Shown here: piece after piece, positions 62,323-64,000 of the stretch
Layout: each line of letters begins with the position of its first letter
Position numbering within the stretch: the stretch's first letter is position 1
NCBI GenBank assembly: GCA_963693365.1
Contig: CAVNZM010000004.1
Coordinates: forward strand, 3,060,389 to 3,124,388
DNA length: 64,000 nucleotides
Source of the DNA: Amoebidium appalachense
Taxonomy: Eukaryota > Protista > Ichthyosporea
Direction of reading: 5' to 3'
Made by a program: the position numbers and the translations under genes
The notes under the pieces: model-generated
Told to the model about the DNA's origin: nothing
The model's database searches: none
Seen by the model: the letters and a program-made list of their open reading frames with translations, nothing else

Positions 62323-63969
62323 AGGAAAGGTGTCTGGTGGAGTATGCATGGTCCCATGTGTTCATATTTTTGGCATGTTGGGTCGTTTTCTGGTTGTGTC
62401 TCTAAAGGCCATTTGTCCCCCCAGACGGGCAAGATCCACTTCGGCTACATCTACGGGGTTGCCATGGTGGGCTGTGGCTGCCTGTTTGCCCTCCTCAACC
62501 TCATGAGCGAAAAGGGCGTCACATTCACTGTATGTGAACCCCCCCCACCCCCCCCCACCTCCCCTCTTTTTTTGTCCCCCTTCCCTCTCTTGTCCCCGTC
62601 CCCCTCCCCCTGCCCCTCCCTTCTCCCCCCAGCCTCCCCCCTTCCTCCCCCCTCCCCCCCTTCCCCCAATCATTGGCTCCTTCTACCCCCTTTGAACCCC
62701 CTCCTAACGTTTCAGCGCTTTCTGGTGGTCTACGGTATTGTTTCTTTCACACCCTCGTGCTGTTGTTTCTTTTTGGAGCCTCTGCTGAACGTTACTGCGC
62801 ACACTCCCAACACGAGAAAACTGAATGTGGATGGTAAACTGAAAACATAACACATGAAATGTTAACATCCCATGAGATACATGTCTCTACTACTTCTTTG
62901 CTCCTTTTTGTCGTCCTCCTTTATGCCGCCTCCCCATTTTTCTCTCTTTATTACTCTTGTGCTAACCCCTGGGCCCTTCCTGGAGGATGGGCTCTGCTTA
63001 TTTATGCATACTCTTTATGTACGGTTTGCACTCTGCATCGTGTTATCCATTGTTCATGTGTACTTCGTACTTTATGACGCATTCAAACCCCCGAACCCCC
63101 CTGATGATGGGCTCTGTTCAAGTGTCTCTGCCTGCATGCTTAAATTGTTTGATTTTGGATTTCCCACCTTTGTGACGCTTTGTTGTTGCCCTTTGTTGTC
63201 TCCTCCATATTTGCAACCCTCTAACGCGTACCCCCCCCCCCCCCCCCCCCCCCCCCCTCGTTCCTCCCCTCTCGACCGATTCACTTTTCATGTGTCATGT
63301 GCAATGCAACCGATTTTATTATCCCCCCCCCCCCCCCCCCCCCCCCCCCTTTTTTTTTTTTTTGTCGAACACCCTGCTTCCCCATCTAAATTGACGTCTA
63401 TTATCCAAATCTCCTTGTCTCCGCACTTTATTGGGGGTTTAGATGGCCCTTCGTGTGGTTTGGATTACGTCGTCGTGTTGTGGTTTATGACAGCCTCACA
63501 TTCAAATGATGCCGATGAATGGCTATTGTGGTGGTGCATGTGGTTGAATGGGGCCATAAATGGTGAACTGGGCTAGTAGGAGTGGCTGGGACAATAAATA
63601 TGTGGCTGTGTAGCACGTTTTTTTTTTTTTTTTTTTTTTTGAAGGTGGCAACGGGCCGGGTTGCTCCCTGGATGGTGGCAGTGGTGCTGTTGCTGTCATC
63701 TATGTTTTTATTGTTAGTTTAGTTGTTTTTGTTTTTTTTTTGTTTTTTTTTTTTTTTTTGGGCACTTAATCAAGGGGGTAGCGGCTTCTGCAGTGGTCGT
63801 TGTGCGGCGGAAGGAGGGGGGGGGGGGGGGGGGGGGGGGAGGGGAGGGGGGGGGGAAGGAGGCCCTTTTTCGGGTGCTGACAGGGGATGCAGTGTGTGTG
63901 CAGTGTGCTGGGCTACTGCCTGCTGCCCATGGTCATCCTCTCCGTCCTCTCCATCGCATTCACACTCAC
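58588..63969 (+). CDS. YIPF5: Yip1-domain protein YIPF5/Yip1, 3'-partial, exons 58588-58686, 59258-59330, 60331-60396, 60693-60727, 61746-61856, 62425-62529, 63893-63969
   Basis: YDDEPPLLEELEINFDQI, LNP...DDTDLAGPLLFCL, GKIHFGYIYG, LLNLMS and SVLGYCLLPMV are Yip1/YIPF5 signatures. Junctions are in frame. Confidence 0.93.
62970..63230 (+). mobile_element. SINE-like copy (62970-63087) followed by a more diverged copy (~63095-63230) in a YIPF5 intron; another relic at ~61505-61575
   Basis: Reverse complement of the 53681 copy, ending GACGCATTCAAACCCCC. The second unit starts CCCCCCTGATGATGGGCTCTG. Confidence 0.8.
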
Positions 63970-64000
63970 GTACGTGATGCCCCCCCCCCCCCCCCCCCCC

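Overview
Eukaryotic genomic DNA, intron-rich and crowded with poly-G/poly-C tracts and (CA)n/(GT)n microsatellites. It is probably an opisthokont protist or early-diverging lineage (inferred from the fused ATP-citrate lyase and the short branch-point-to-AG distance). Most ORFs in the supplied track are low-complexity artefacts. Genes reconstructed by hand from splice sites and family motifs: an ERMP1-type M28 metallopeptidase (+, 21 exons visible, start upstream of the window), an intronless Pho80/Pcl-type cyclin (-), a fused ATP-citrate lyase (-, 8 exons), the 3' remnant of a proteinase K-type subtilase (+), an F-box/LRR gene (-) and YIPF5/Yip1 (+, runs out of the window). Mobile and repeated DNA: a 5'-truncated RNase H LINE with a perfect 15-bp target-site duplication and a 3' GAAA-tetraloop hairpin; a second LINE with an open 909-aa RT frame inside the subtilase intron; a foldback array next to a ~4.9-kb ~61-bp satellite; and a ~190-bp structured SINE-like family. 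That family is the most novel signal: it is anchored on G/C runs, its intronic copies share one orientation relative to the host gene, and it carries permuted hammerhead-like motifs.
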